This document shows, piece by piece, positions 32,031 through 42,127 of a DNA stretch of 64,000 bases; the stretch's first letter is position 1, and each line of letters opens with the position of its first letter. The translations under genes were made by a program, and so were the position numbers. The stretch comes from Escherichia phage SUSP2: the sequence record KT454806, one strand, 5' to 3'. The notes beneath the pieces are model-generated. The model did not search any database and was not told the DNA's origin. It worked only from the letters and a program-made list of their open reading frames with translations.

Positions 32031-34730
32031 TTAATGCACTTCCAACCACGATTTACCGACCTTACCAGTACCAGTTACCAGTGTTTTACTCTTTAGTCCT
32101 AAGTTCTTAGAGGCTTGCCCGTAATACCAATCAGTGACAGCCTTCACCTCTGCCGTCATACTTTCTGGACATTCCCAACTTGTCTCATCGTGATAGGAGC
32201 ACAATAAACGAGCACCTATAGCTGGTTTACGACCGTTCAACTTCATCAAACCTTCGTCAATCATACGACGGCAAGCAAGGTTAATTGCCTCGTTCTGAAT
32301 CTGGCTTTCCGAACCCATCAGTAAGTAGTTCAATAGTTTGTGTGGAGATTTACACCACAACCATGCTCCAGCCACCTTGACAAAACCACCTTTAGAGATT
32401 GCAGCAGTCTTACCAAATACTTCTTCAAGTGCTTTCTTAGTTGCTTTAAAGTCAGCTTCCAAGTTGTCTAACAGTTTCTTAATCTTCGGCAAACGCACAA
32501 AGTAAGTCTGTTTAGTTAATGCACCTTCCTGAGTAGTCGCAGCTTTAATCGTCTTAGCAAACTTCTCATCACCAGCACCGAACAGTAACGCATAGATACC
32601 ATTCTTAGCTTTCTTACGACCTTTGCTAATTTCGTGAAGAAGATTTTCATCCTGAGTCATACGACAAGTCAAGATATCTTGTTCTTCATTCAAGCTGAAG
32701 TAGATACTGTTCAGTGTATGTGCATCAGTACCTGAGTAAACTACGTACAAGTCATTTTCAGAGTCGTAATGCAGATACTTATCAACTTCTGGATTCAGGT
32801 ATTCGTCAAAGTGTTTGCAGTAGTATCTGCCATCTTCCTGACGGATAAACTCAATCTCTTCTTTACCCTGAGTTACTGCTTTGGTGAACTCTTTGTCACC
32901 CATAAAGTTGCACAGTAAAACAAGTTGCGCTGAATTCATGTCAACGGAGACTACGTTTGTACCTTCTTCACAAATCCAGACTGCCCTCATTGGTTCACCG
33001 TAAACAGCAGCCCCAGAAGGTACGTTCACGATTCCGTATTGTGTCATACGTCCAGTTGAAGTGCCAAACACCATTGCACCAGCACTCAAACGACCATCTG
33101 GACGAATCTGGTTTAACCAACCTTTTTCATCATCCTTTGAGTTCTCGATAGTTCTGCGTCGGTGCATCAAAGTATAGTACTTCGCAATCTTCTGTCCAAG
33201 TTCACCTTCAATCGTATCGTAAGATGATTCAGTCAGTTTCGGTGAAGTCCGAATCAAGCAAGGTTCAAGCAAATCTGTGTACTTCTTAACAGACCAGTTG
33301 TGTTCGATGTACTGTACACCTTCATGCTCAACATAGTTCAATCCGCAACGGTCTACCATCTCTTGCCATTTCGGATGTTTACGAATCATCTTCTTGTTGT
33401 CTTTGAAGCGACAAACCTTCACCGGACGACCATCAGAATCTTTCTTGTAGTTCCAGTCATCAGGAATCCAGCCAAGAGTTTTCAGATAATCCTTCACAAC
33501 CGCAACCTGAGTCATACGCGACACTTCGAACTCAATCGGTGTATAAGGTGCATCAATCAAACCTGTGTAACGACTTGACTCAAGTTCAAAGTGATTTACT
33601 ACGTGGTTGTTGTAGTACTTCACAGTCTTCACAGTCTTAACTGGTTTCCAGTCTTTGCACTTCTTATCAATCGCAGCATTCAACTCATTACAAACTGCAC
33701 GAGCATCTTTCATTGCAACGAAACCTTCTTTGTACTCTTCTCCAGTAACCGTGTTAGTCGGAGTGTAGCAGTTACGCTTCTCAATGTTGAAAATCTTGGT
33801 AGTCGGTTTACCAAAAGGCTTGATAGCGTAAGTCTGCATCTCACCATTGCGAACCTGCTGACGGAACTTAGTTTTTGGATACTTAGTGATACGCTTCAAA
33901 CCATCTGCTTCACCAAATGTCTCAACATACTCGTTCCAAGCCCTTGCAAACTCTTCACCAGTGACTTTGCCTTTCGTCTTAATAGTTGGTGGCAGATGAG
34001 GCTCAACTTCAGCAGCTAATTCATCAGTCAGTCTGTCAAGTTCTTTGACATGGAACTGCATAAGTTCAATATCAGCTTTCCAACCGTTAATAGCTTGCTG
34101 ACTCATCCAGAAAGATGTTTCTTTAGCTCGCATGTAGGTTTCGTAAGTGTCTACACCACACTTCTTCAGTTTCAGGTATTCATTATCAAGAGCACGTTTA
34201 GCTTTGGCGTTGATTCGAATATCCTCAACAACACGGTTCAGAATGTCAGCATTCCAGACACCCCACTCTTCAATTTCTGGTTTACGAACACCAACACGAG
34301 CACCCCATGCAGCCAAACCATGAGCACCTTTGTAACCTTTCGGTGTAGGTCTATCCATCCACTGAACACGAGACTGGATAAGAGAATCCTGAAAGAAGTC
34401 TCCCCAAGGTTTACACTTCGGATTGTCAAAGTTCCATAAGTCCGGTGCAATGTGATTGAACACCCACCAGTCATAGCCAAGACCGTTATGAATGCAGAGA
34501 CGTTTTGCCTTAAGAGCAAACTCCACACCTTCACGAAGACCACCTTTGATGTACTTAGTACACTTGTGACCAAGGATAGGTTCATCGGTGAAGACCCACA
34601 CAGCAGGTTCGTCACTGTCATCTTTGTAATCTGCAAATGCCATTACGTGTGCTTTTGTGAACTCAAGGAGTAACCCATCAGTTTCGGTATCACCTACCAA
34701 GTGCAAGTTTTCAAAATCTACGTTTTCCAT
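32031..34730 (-). CDS. DNA polymerase, family A, with 3'-5' exonuclease domain
   Basis: Exo I motif VGDTETDGL; Pol A motif B-like KKAKNGIYALLFGAG; motif C YHDE. Confidence 0.8.
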   Translation of the reverse strand: MENVDFENLHLVGDTETDGLLLEFTKAHVMAFADYKDDSDEPAVWVFTDEPILGHKCTKYIKGGLREGVEFALKAKRLCIHNGLGYDWWVFNHIAPDLWNFDNPKCKPWGDFFQDSLIQSRVQWMDRPTPKGYKGAHGLAAWGARVGVRKPEIEEWGVWNADILNRVVEDIRINAKAKRALDNEYLKLKKCGVDTYETYMRAKETSFWMSQQAINGWKADIELMQFHVKELDRLTDELAAEVEPHLPPTIKTKGKVTGEEFARAWNEYVETFGEADGLKRITKYPKTKFRQQVRNGEMQTYAIKPFGKPTTKIFNIEKRNCYTPTNTVTGEEYKEGFVAMKDARAVCNELNAAIDKKCKDWKPVKTVKTVKYYNNHVVNHFELESSRYTGLIDAPYTPIEFEVSRMTQVAVVKDYLKTLGWIPDDWNYKKDSDGRPVKVCRFKDNKKMIRKHPKWQEMVDRCGLNYVEHEGVQYIEHNWSVKKYTDLLEPCLIRTSPKLTESSYDTIEGELGQKIAKYYTLMHRRRTIENSKDDEKGWLNQIRPDGRLSAGAMVFGTSTGRMTQYGIVNVPSGAAVYGEPMRAVWICEEGTNVVSVDMNSAQLVLLCNFMGDKEFTKAVTQGKEEIEFIRQEDGRYYCKHFDEYLNPEVDKYLHYDSENDLYVVYSGTDAHTLNSIYFSLNEEQDILTCRMTQDENLLHEISKGRKKAKNGIYALLFGAGDEKFAKTIKAATTQEGALTKQTYFVRLPKIKKLLDNLEADFKATKKALEEVFGKTAAISKGGFVKVAGAWLWCKSPHKLLNYLLMGSESQIQNEAINLACRRMIDEGLMKLNGRKPAIGARLLCSYHDETSWECPESMTAEVKAVTDWYYGQASKNLGLKSKTLVTGTGKVGKSWLEVH

Positions 34731-34987
34731 TTTTACTCCCTCTCAAAATCATTGACTCAATACATTACTGCAAAAAGTTTCAAAAAGCAAGTTGACAATT
34801 CACTTGACAAGGTGTTAATCTTTGCGAAGTGGGTTTTAACTTAAAAGACTCCCTTTACAGATTAACTATACAGTTTCTTTAAAACCCTTAAAAGATTTTT
34901 AATAGCTTTTAAGAAGCTTTAAAGTTATACGTATAGAATACGTAAAGAAAACAGATTAAGTTTAATAGGTACTTAAAAGAGGGCATT
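34731..34987. promoter_or_regulatory. Divergent control region between DNA polymerase and rightward early genes
   Basis: Tandem TTGACA boxes (34792-34797, 34804-34809), palindromic cluster TATACGTATAGAATACGTA (34926-34944), AT-rich. Confidence 0.4.
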
Positions 34988-35410
34988 ATGCAGAGAATGT
35001 TTGTTCACCCAGACATAGCTGACTTCATGAGAGCTTTAAAAAAGTTGGAAGAACTTGACATTGCTGCTCAAAAGGAATACGCTTACCATCATCGTCGAAT
35101 GGTTGATGTTCAACATGAGATTGAACTCTCCGAAGGCTACGATGAAAGAATGAAATGTTCAGTCTTTGAGCATATGAAGGAGATATCGGCTGAGAGGCGT
35201 AAAGCAAAAGATACACTCTTCTTGATAGATTCTTTAAAAAAGAAGTTGCAAAACGGAACAGACTTAGATAACCTAGCAACACTGATTAGCGATGTAGAAA
35301 GTTCATGGGATAGACATTACTTCCCAAGGTCTGAAAAAGTTCTTGACTTTTCCTCTACAGAGAGCTTAAAGTTATCACGACAAACACTTAACAAAATGAG
35401 AGAGAATTAA
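34988..35410 (+). CDS. Hypothetical protein
   Basis: 140-aa ORF. Confidence 0.45.
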   Translation: MQRMFVHPDIADFMRALKKLEELDIAAQKEYAYHHRRMVDVQHEIELSEGYDERMKCSVFEHMKEISAERRKAKDTLFLIDSLKKKLQNGTDLDNLATLISDVESSWDRHYFPRSEKVLDFSSTESLKLSRQTLNKMREN

Positions 35411-35411
35411 T

Positions 35412-36215
35412 ATGACTACTGTAAATGAAATGCTGGCCTCTAAAGGTATCGATAGCAACTTTATGCTGAACACTATTGAAAGCCTTGCTATCGTTATGCG
35501 TAGCAACACCTTCAGTTCACAAGTAATTCCTGAATCTTATCAGGTTAACGCAGAGATTTCTGATGAGTCAGCATTTCGCTCACAGGTTGAACTGCTTCTG
35601 AATAACCGTCAACTGGCTCTGGCTTCAGTGGCTGTTGGTGTAGATGCCTTGGCTGGTTATGTCTTTGACAAGATGCAAACTGGCGACTACAAAGTTCTCT
35701 CTGAAGAAGAGAAAGAAGCACTGCTTGAGTTCACTGAAGACGACACCTTCAACCTGATTATCAACTCAATTGCAAGCGTGATGGCTGTACTTGAGAAACG
35801 TGTTACAGAAAAACTCCCACACTATGAAAAACTTGATTGGGGTTTTGCAGATATCTTTGAGCGTTCACAGGAAATGGTGAAGCTGACTAAAGAGCAACTT
35901 CAAGAGGTTGTTGACAATGAAGCTGAACGTGGAATTGATGAGATTCAGGTCAAACTGACCGCTCTGGTTCCTTCAATCATCACAGTGATGAGTATTCACG
36001 CTCTGTTCGAAGTTGCAGGTATGATTGATGCACCTATTGAGTTTGTGGAGCAGATTGCTGGTAATGTAAGTGGTGAAGCACTGCGTGAAGTGATTATGCA
36101 AACTGGTGCGGCAGTTCTTCAAGACAAGATTGCCATCCACTTCGGTGATGAATTTGTAGCAACTATTCAGGCTCTGTCTGAAAAAGAAAAGCTTGATTCT
36201 ACACAAATTCACTAA
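35412..36215 (+). CDS. Hypothetical acidic protein
   Basis: 267-aa ORF, coupled. Confidence 0.45.
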   Translation: MTTVNEMLASKGIDSNFMLNTIESLAIVMRSNTFSSQVIPESYQVNAEISDESAFRSQVELLLNNRQLALASVAVGVDALAGYVFDKMQTGDYKVLSEEEKEALLEFTEDDTFNLIINSIASVMAVLEKRVTEKLPHYEKLDWGFADIFERSQEMVKLTKEQLQEVVDNEAERGIDEIQVKLTALVPSIITVMSIHALFEVAGMIDAPIEFVEQIAGNVSGEALREVIMQTGAAVLQDKIAIHFGDEFVATIQALSEKEKLDSTQIH

Positions 36216-36227
36216 TAGAATTGTTTT

Positions 36228-36257
36228 CCCAAAGCCTCCTTAATTGGGGGCTTTTTC
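36228..36257 (+). terminator. Rho-independent terminator
   Basis: AAAGCC...GGGGCTTT stem followed by TTTTTCG. Confidence 0.5.
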
Positions 36258-36275
36258 GTATGGAGATAAAGGTAT

Positions 36276-37019
36276 ATGAAAAGTATTATTGCATTTACTG
36301 GAAAGGCTCGTTCTGGTAAGGACACTTCCTGCATGTTGACAAAGAACTTTCTTCAAGAAGAAGAAGGTTACAACGTTCACATCTTTGCTTTTGCAGACAG
36401 TTTAAAAGAATCTGCTGCATACATCTTTGGGCTTGACTGGAATGATTTGTATGGCGAAACTAAAGAGACACCTCAAAAGTTCAACTTGAGATTCTCTGAC
36501 TTGTACTTTGCAGTTCAATGTTCACTTGAACAAGTATTCCCACACAAAAACTTACACCTTGACGTTAAGCTATGTGGTGAACTAACTGGACGATTAATCA
36601 TGGAACTGAAGAAGGTTGCTAAACCAACTCTGCTAACCAGAATGGGACTTAGCCAAACTTACAAATTCTCTTCACGTCAGATTCAACAAATCTGGGGAAC
36701 TGAAGTTGTCAGGAAGGTTCTTGGAGAGAAGTTCTGGATTCGTGACCTTGAAGAAAGAATGGTCAAGTTCTTTGAATCATGCTCAAAAGATAACCAGTAT
36801 GGAATTGCACTGATTAGTGACTTGCGATTTGACCACGAAGCAGAGTTCTTAAAGTCTTTTGATAGTCAAATCATTGAGGTGAAAAGAGACAATCTGGTTA
36901 AGGTTTCATCACATAAATCAGAAAATGGGATTTCTACCAAATTTGAACGTGACATTATTCAAAACAATGGTAGTCTTGAAGACCTCGAAAATAAGCTGAA
37001 AGCTATTATCATTAAATAA
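36276..37019 (+). CDS. Deoxynucleoside monophosphate kinase-like P-loop kinase
   Basis: N-terminal IAFTGKARSGKDT P-loop resembling T4 gene 1 dNMP kinase; GGAGA RBS. Confidence 0.5.
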   Translation: MKSIIAFTGKARSGKDTSCMLTKNFLQEEEGYNVHIFAFADSLKESAAYIFGLDWNDLYGETKETPQKFNLRFSDLYFAVQCSLEQVFPHKNLHLDVKLCGELTGRLIMELKKVAKPTLLTRMGLSQTYKFSSRQIQQIWGTEVVRKVLGEKFWIRDLEERMVKFFESCSKDNQYGIALISDLRFDHEAEFLKSFDSQIIEVKRDNLVKVSSHKSENGISTKFERDIIQNNGSLEDLENKLKAIIIK

Positions 37020-37024
37020 GAGAG

Positions 37025-37222
37025 ATGAAGATGAGAGTAAATAATTTAGAAGTTGTTGACCATCGTTCGGTGGAACTCTCATCTCTTTCCAAGGAAGTTA
37101 TGATGGAGCGACTTGAAAGGGTCGCTTCAAGACGGAAAGAGATTGCAGAAGAGATTCACGAGCTAGACAAGATTGAAAATGGCTTGAAAGCAGAACTACA
37201 ACGCAGAGGTGCTAATGTCTAA
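37025..37222 (+). CDS. Hypothetical small protein
   Basis: 65-aa ORF. Confidence 0.35.
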   Translation: MKMRVNNLEVVDHRSVELSSLSKEVMMERLERVASRRKEIAEEIHELDKIENGLKAELQRRGANV

Positions 37223-39206
37223 AGGTCGTAAATTGAAGGAAGCTGGTCAGTTTGTTGGTCATTGTGCTTGCCCTAGATGTGGTTCATCAGATGCTGGTTC
37301 AATCTATCATCATGACGATGATTCTTATTCGATGACTTGCTTTAGTTGCAATAAAGGTTTTCCAGAGTGGGATTTTGATAAAGGGCAAATTGTGAGTACT
37401 TATTCTACTGGTTCAGATAATAAAAACCGTACTTTCCGTGGTATGGATTTAGACGATGTAAAAGACAACCTTGAAGCAATGGACTTGAAAGACCGTAAGA
37501 TTCCTGCAAAGGTACTTGACCGTCTTGGTATCAAGGTTGATGTAGATGGTGAAGGTGAGATTGATGCACACTTTTACCCAACTTACAAGAAAGATGAAAA
37601 TGGAAAACTTGAACATGTAGGTTACCGTGTTCGTCACCGTTACCCAGAAGACCATCCTAAAGAGCATCTTCGTGGTAAGCTGAAAGACTTCTCCGGTGGT
37701 GTAGGCGATATTAAAGGTGAACTGGCAATGTTCGGTTCATGGATTGCTCCAGAAGGTGGTAACCGCCTCTTCATCTGGGAAGGTGAGATGGAATGTGCTA
37801 CAGCAATCTACATGACTTCTCTGGCAATTAAAGATAAGTCTCGTCGTAAGAATTACTGTCACGTATCTGTTCCATCAGGTGCAAACATTAAATCTATCAA
37901 AGATAACTATCAGTACATCACATCATTTGATGAGATTTACCTGTGCTTTGATAACGATGAAGCAGGTGCAAAAGCCACTAAAGAGGCTGCTGGTATCCTT
38001 CCGATTGAGAAGGTTCGTTTATTCCAGTATCCAGAAGGTGTCAAAGACCTTAACGAATGGTGGACTAAGTTTTATAAAGAGAAAGATACAGTACTGGAAG
38101 GATTTAAACAGCGTATCTATAATGCACCTCGTTACTGCCCTGCTGGTATCAAGAACTTCGCAGATGGTTTTGAGGCAATGAAGAATCGTGGTCAGATTCC
38201 ACTGATTCCATTCCCAGAATCCTTCGGAGACTTGAACAGACTGACTTATGGCGGTTATGGTTTAGGGGAGATTACAACTCTGGCAGCACCATCTTCAGTA
38301 GGTAAATCGGCTTACACTCGTGAAATGATTTACACTGCTTGGAAGGAAACTGATTATAATATTGGTGTGATTCCTGTAGAAGATACTTATGAAGAGTTAA
38401 TGGAGATGCTCTGTGCAATTCACCTTAGCAAACAGATTTCAGAGATTCCTTACGATGAACGTAATTGGGATGAAATCAAGGTTGCACATGCTGAGTTGTC
38501 TGCTGGTCGTCGTATCCATATCGTTGACCACCAAGGGGCAATCGACCAAGATAACCTGTTAGAGTTTGTTGACTATCTGGTTAACAGCTTAGACTGTAAG
38601 ATTATTATTCTTGACCCTATCACACTGGCTCTGTCACGTTCTGATACGGATGAAGAAGAAGTCTTATCTGAACTGTTGCGTCGTTGCAAGCGTTACCAAT
38701 ATGCACAGGTAAACGTCTGTCACGTTCGTAAGAGTGCAGGTGGTCAGAAAGCTAACTCTGAAGGTGGTGATATTTCTGAAGAGGATATCAAGGGTTCTGG
38801 AGCATACTTCCAGATTTCCATGAACAACATTCTGTTAATGCGTAACAAGGTTGACCCAGACCCTGTGAAGAAAAACTTGACCAAAATCAAGTTAACTAAA
38901 TGTCGTCGTCATGGTAAGTCAACTGGTATTGCTGGTCACACTTGGTATAATCCAGATACAGGCCGTCTTATCAAGGCTGCTGGTAGTGGTGTTGATATTG
39001 ATGGTGCAGCAGAGAATATTCGTCAGCAGTTTGGTATTGGTGAAGCTGATGACCACTATGATGATTCTATGCCGCATTATGATGATGAAGTCTTTGACCG
39101 TGAGACTGGAGAGGTTTACACTCAAGAGCAACGTCAAAGTTCTACTATTCCACCAGTATTAAACGAAGACGGAGAAGATGATGACTGCCCGTTTGAAACT
39201 GACTGA
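37209..39206 (+). CDS. DNA primase-helicase (T7 gp4-like)
   Basis: N-terminal Cys4 zinc motif (CPRCGSSD...CFSC), TOPRIM DxD (CFDNDEAGAK), Walker A APSSVGKSA in DnaB-like helicase domain. Confidence 0.8.
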   Translation: MLMSKGRKLKEAGQFVGHCACPRCGSSDAGSIYHHDDDSYSMTCFSCNKGFPEWDFDKGQIVSTYSTGSDNKNRTFRGMDLDDVKDNLEAMDLKDRKIPAKVLDRLGIKVDVDGEGEIDAHFYPTYKKDENGKLEHVGYRVRHRYPEDHPKEHLRGKLKDFSGGVGDIKGELAMFGSWIAPEGGNRLFIWEGEMECATAIYMTSLAIKDKSRRKNYCHVSVPSGANIKSIKDNYQYITSFDEIYLCFDNDEAGAKATKEAAGILPIEKVRLFQYPEGVKDLNEWWTKFYKEKDTVLEGFKQRIYNAPRYCPAGIKNFADGFEAMKNRGQIPLIPFPESFGDLNRLTYGGYGLGEITTLAAPSSVGKSAYTREMIYTAWKETDYNIGVIPVEDTYEELMEMLCAIHLSKQISEIPYDERNWDEIKVAHAELSAGRRIHIVDHQGAIDQDNLLEFVDYLVNSLDCKIIILDPITLALSRSDTDEEEVLSELLRRCKRYQYAQVNVCHVRKSAGGQKANSEGGDISEEDIKGSGAYFQISMNNILLMRNKVDPDPVKKNLTKIKLTKCRRHGKSTGIAGHTWYNPDTGRLIKAAGSGVDIDGAAENIRQQFGIGEADDHYDDSMPHYDDEVFDRETGEVYTQEQRQSSTIPPVLNEDGEDDDCPFETD

Positions 39207-39459
39207 TGCGTATCTTAAGGAGGGCTTTACGCCCTTCTATGAAGAAACAAATTCAGTAAAATTTAAAAAAGAGTGCTTGACTCGTATAGACGATTTCTGT
39301 AAAGTACTCATCAACGAAGGACATACGGTTGAGTTAGAGCACAGAGAACTTGAGATTGGCCTTGATGGAATCTTAGTTTCTGTTGACAATGATACTGGAT
39401 ATATGTTTAAGTTGACTGACAAAACATTTGAATACGAAATTTATCGGAGAGTTGTATGA
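39178..39459 (+). CDS. Hypothetical protein
   Basis: 93-aa ORF overlapping helicase end. Confidence 0.4.
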   Translation: MMTARLKLTDAYLKEGFTPFYEETNSVKFKKECLTRIDDFCKVLINEGHTVELEHRELEIGLDGILVSVDNDTGYMFKLTDKTFEYEIYRRVV

Positions 39460-39593
39460 AACATTCTAAAGCGTTTGAAAAAGTATTTGGCGATTCACTG
39501 AAAGCAACTGCTGGTAAATCTGCTGCACACTACGAAGCAAAACGTGTTCGCACTGGTAAGACAGCACGTAAAGCAGCTAAAAAATCTGCTTAA
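39456..39593 (+). CDS. Small basic protein (below ORF-track cutoff)
   Basis: 45-codon ORF, ATG overlaps upstream stop (ATGA), GGAGA RBS. Confidence 0.35.
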   Translation: MKHSKAFEKVFGDSLKATAGKSAAHYEAKRVRTGKTARKAAKKSA

Positions 39594-39599
39594 AAGTGT

Positions 39600-39628
39600 T
39601 TGACAAGGGAGTATGAAGTCTGTAAGAT
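39600..39628 (+). promoter_or_regulatory. Sigma70-like promoter (TTGACA-N17-TAAGAT) for SSB gene
   Basis: -35 at 39600-39605, -10 at 39623-39628. Confidence 0.5.
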
Positions 39629-39678
39629 TGTACTCCTTCAAGTTTGAAAGAAATAATTTTGAGAAAGAGGATTTAAGA

Positions 39679-40530
39679 ATGTCTAAAGTTGTTAAAATGA
39701 AATCTCCGGTAGAAAAATACAATGGTACTGAACGTCAGACTCTGCGTTACTTGCTGAAAGATGTTTGGTTCTACTACCTGAACACTATTCCACGTCCGGG
39801 AAAAGGCAAGTCAGTTGATAAGAAATTCCCAGGCAAAGATTGTAACTACAGCGTTTCGATTCTGGCAAAAGACGGTAACAAACTCTTCAAAGAGTTCACC
39901 AAGTCTAAAAAGAATCCTGATGGTTGGGATAAAGTTACAACTGAAGCAGTTGATGCAGATGACTTCGAAGAGAAGTTTGGTTGCAAACCACCGTTTGAAG
40001 CAGACACTTATCACATTCTGAAAGTAAGTCGTGCTGCTGCTTATAAAGATGGTGCAGTTTGGACAGCGAAACAGTCATTCCCTGTTATGATTATTGAAGA
40101 AGTTAACGGTAAGCGTGTTGCAGTTAAACAGCCGATGAAGAAAATCAAGGCTCAACATTCTGATAAACACGATGACGACAAAACTTATGACGTTATTCAC
40201 CCAGATATCGCAGTCGGTAACGGTTCATTTGGTAGTGTGATTCTTGCAACTCACTTCTACACTTTTGAAAGCAACGTTTTGACTAAGCCGATTCAGGAAC
40301 AGTTTATCATTGATACTCTGGTTCCGTACACTGGCGGTACAGGTGGTAACGGTGAGCCTGAACTGGATGAAGACGAACTGGCTCTGCTTGGTCTGGATGG
40401 CGTTGAAGATAACGGTGAAATCACCGAAGAAGATGCGAAGGATTCTGAGGATACAAACTCTGACGATGACGACGAAGATATGCCAGACCCAGATGACGAC
40501 GACGAAGAAGATTTCGATACTGAAGACTAA
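39679..40530 (+). CDS. Single-stranded DNA-binding protein with acidic C-terminal tail
   Basis: ATG at 39679 with AAGAGG RBS (track start 39613 lies inside promoter); extremely acidic C-terminus; position after primase-helicase. Confidence 0.55.
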   Translation: MSKVVKMKSPVEKYNGTERQTLRYLLKDVWFYYLNTIPRPGKGKSVDKKFPGKDCNYSVSILAKDGNKLFKEFTKSKKNPDGWDKVTTEAVDADDFEEKFGCKPPFEADTYHILKVSRAAAYKDGAVWTAKQSFPVMIIEEVNGKRVAVKQPMKKIKAQHSDKHDDDKTYDVIHPDIAVGNGSFGSVILATHFYTFESNVLTKPIQEQFIIDTLVPYTGGTGGNGEPELDEDELALLGLDGVEDNGEITEEDAKDSEDTNSDDDDEDMPDPDDDDEEDFDTED

Positions 40531-40546
40531 TTCTCAGTAGTTACTA

Positions 40547-40578
40547 CAAAGCCCTGTACTTAGTATGGGGCTTTTTCG
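40547..40578 (+). terminator. Rho-independent terminator
   Basis: AAAGCCC...GGGGCTTT followed by TTTTCG. Confidence 0.5.
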
Positions 40579-40592
40579 TATTGGAGATACAA

Positions 40593-41633
40593 ATGGAAAA
40601 GTATACGTTAACAAAACTCCCAGATACTGTGACGCATGTCTTTATTGACTCTGATAGTATCGCTTACAAGGGAGCCTGTGTCGTTGAGAAAGCAAAGTAC
40701 AAGTATGTGAATAAACTTACTGCTGAAGAGTCTGATGCCTTTGAGAGTGCTAAAGATGCTAATCAATGGCTATCTGACCAGAGAGTTCTGACAGAGGAAC
40801 TTGGTCTTGCATTCGATGAAGATGAATGGGAAAGACAGTCTTGGAAAGAAGCCAAGAGTGAAAAAGAAGCTATTATGGCAACTCAACAAGTTCTTCAGGA
40901 ATGGTTGAAAGTTGTTGGTAAAGAGCGAACTTGGATGGGATACCTCACTGAGAAAGGTGTACATAAACACAAAGACATTAAAGGTCTTGAACACCAGTAT
41001 CAGGGTAACCGTAAAGAATCAGTAACCCCTACGCATTTAGTTGCTTGTCGTGAGTATCTTCTGTCACGACCTGAGTTTAAGCTTCTCAAAGGTGGCTTTG
41101 AAGCTGACTCCATTGTTATTGCAAAAGCTGAGAAGATGGGTAAGAAGGCTGCTCTTATGAGTATTGATAAAGACCTTCGCCAAGCGGAAGGAACTTACTG
41201 TATTGATATGACTTACGAGAAAGCCCCTCTGATTTTCATTGCAGATGGTAACGTAGGTGATATTTGGGATTGTCCTATCAAGTCTAAGCCGAAAGCTAAA
41301 AAGACTGTTGGTGTAGGCTTCAAATTCCTCTGCTATCAAGCTGTAGCAGGAGATAACGCAGATAACTACTTTGGCCTTAAGGGTGCAGGGAAAGTTGCTG
41401 TAATGAACGCTCTGGAAGGTAAAGAGACCTATAAAGAGTGTCTTGACGCTATCTATGAACTCTACGCTAAGAAAGAGTCATATACTTATGAATCGTGGGA
41501 TGGTCAGGTGATTACAAAAACACCTCTTGAATTAATGCACCAGCACTTCTGGATTGCCTATCAAGAACGTAACCCTAAAGACGATTTCACCTTTGCTAAA
41601 TATGGTTGGGAGCCTGTTATGAATGAAGATTAA
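40593..41633 (+). CDS. RNase H / 5'-3' exonuclease (FEN family)
   Basis: N-terminal VFIDSDSIAY and internal EADS...SIDKDL motifs resembling T4 RNase H; GGAGA RBS. Confidence 0.5.
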   Translation: MEKYTLTKLPDTVTHVFIDSDSIAYKGACVVEKAKYKYVNKLTAEESDAFESAKDANQWLSDQRVLTEELGLAFDEDEWERQSWKEAKSEKEAIMATQQVLQEWLKVVGKERTWMGYLTEKGVHKHKDIKGLEHQYQGNRKESVTPTHLVACREYLLSRPEFKLLKGGFEADSIVIAKAEKMGKKAALMSIDKDLRQAEGTYCIDMTYEKAPLIFIADGNVGDIWDCPIKSKPKAKKTVGVGFKFLCYQAVAGDNADNYFGLKGAGKVAVMNALEGKETYKECLDAIYELYAKKESYTYESWDGQVITKTPLELMHQHFWIAYQERNPKDDFTFAKYGWEPVMNED

Positions 41634-42123
41634 AGGTTTTGGCAATTGCCCTGAATATGGACATTGGATTTCACTGTGCGGGGAGATTGACCCCGCTAAG
41701 TATTTTGGTTTCGTTTACTTAGTGTACTGCAAAAAGACTGGACAGTATTACATCGGTAAGAAGCAGTTTAACAATGTCACCAAGAAGAAAGTAGCTGGAA
41801 AGACCAGACGTAAGATTGTGACAAAAGAGAGTGACTGGATGGTTTACCAGACCTCTTCTGAGTACATTAAGAAAGATATTGAAACTTTCGGTGAAAAAGA
41901 GTTTGACTTCTATATTGTGCAAACTTATTATACGCGAGGTGGGTTGGTCTACGGAGAAGCTAACCTTCAACATAAGTTTGACGTCATGACAAAAAGGATT
42001 GACTCCAAGCTTCGACTCTTCTACAATGCAAACATTGCAGCAATCAAGTTTCTTACTAAAGAGACTTATGAAGATGCTGAGAAGAGAATCCATAAAATCA
42101 TGAAACTTAATGAGAGAGAATAA
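41623..42123 (+). CDS. GIY-YIG domain nuclease
   Basis: FVYLVY...YYIGKK matches GIY-(about 10 aa)-YIG; overlaps end of exonuclease gene. Confidence 0.5.
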   Translation: MKIKGFGNCPEYGHWISLCGEIDPAKYFGFVYLVYCKKTGQYYIGKKQFNNVTKKKVAGKTRRKIVTKESDWMVYQTSSEYIKKDIETFGEKEFDFYIVQTYYTRGGLVYGEANLQHKFDVMTKRIDSKLRLFYNANIAAIKFLTKETYEDAEKRIHKIMKLNERE

Positions 42124-42127
42124 GATT

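Noticed and set aside
32957-34673. Several + strand ORFs (64-142 aa) inside the DNA polymerase gene
   Set aside because: All antisense to a long, motif-supported - strand gene; no translation signals.
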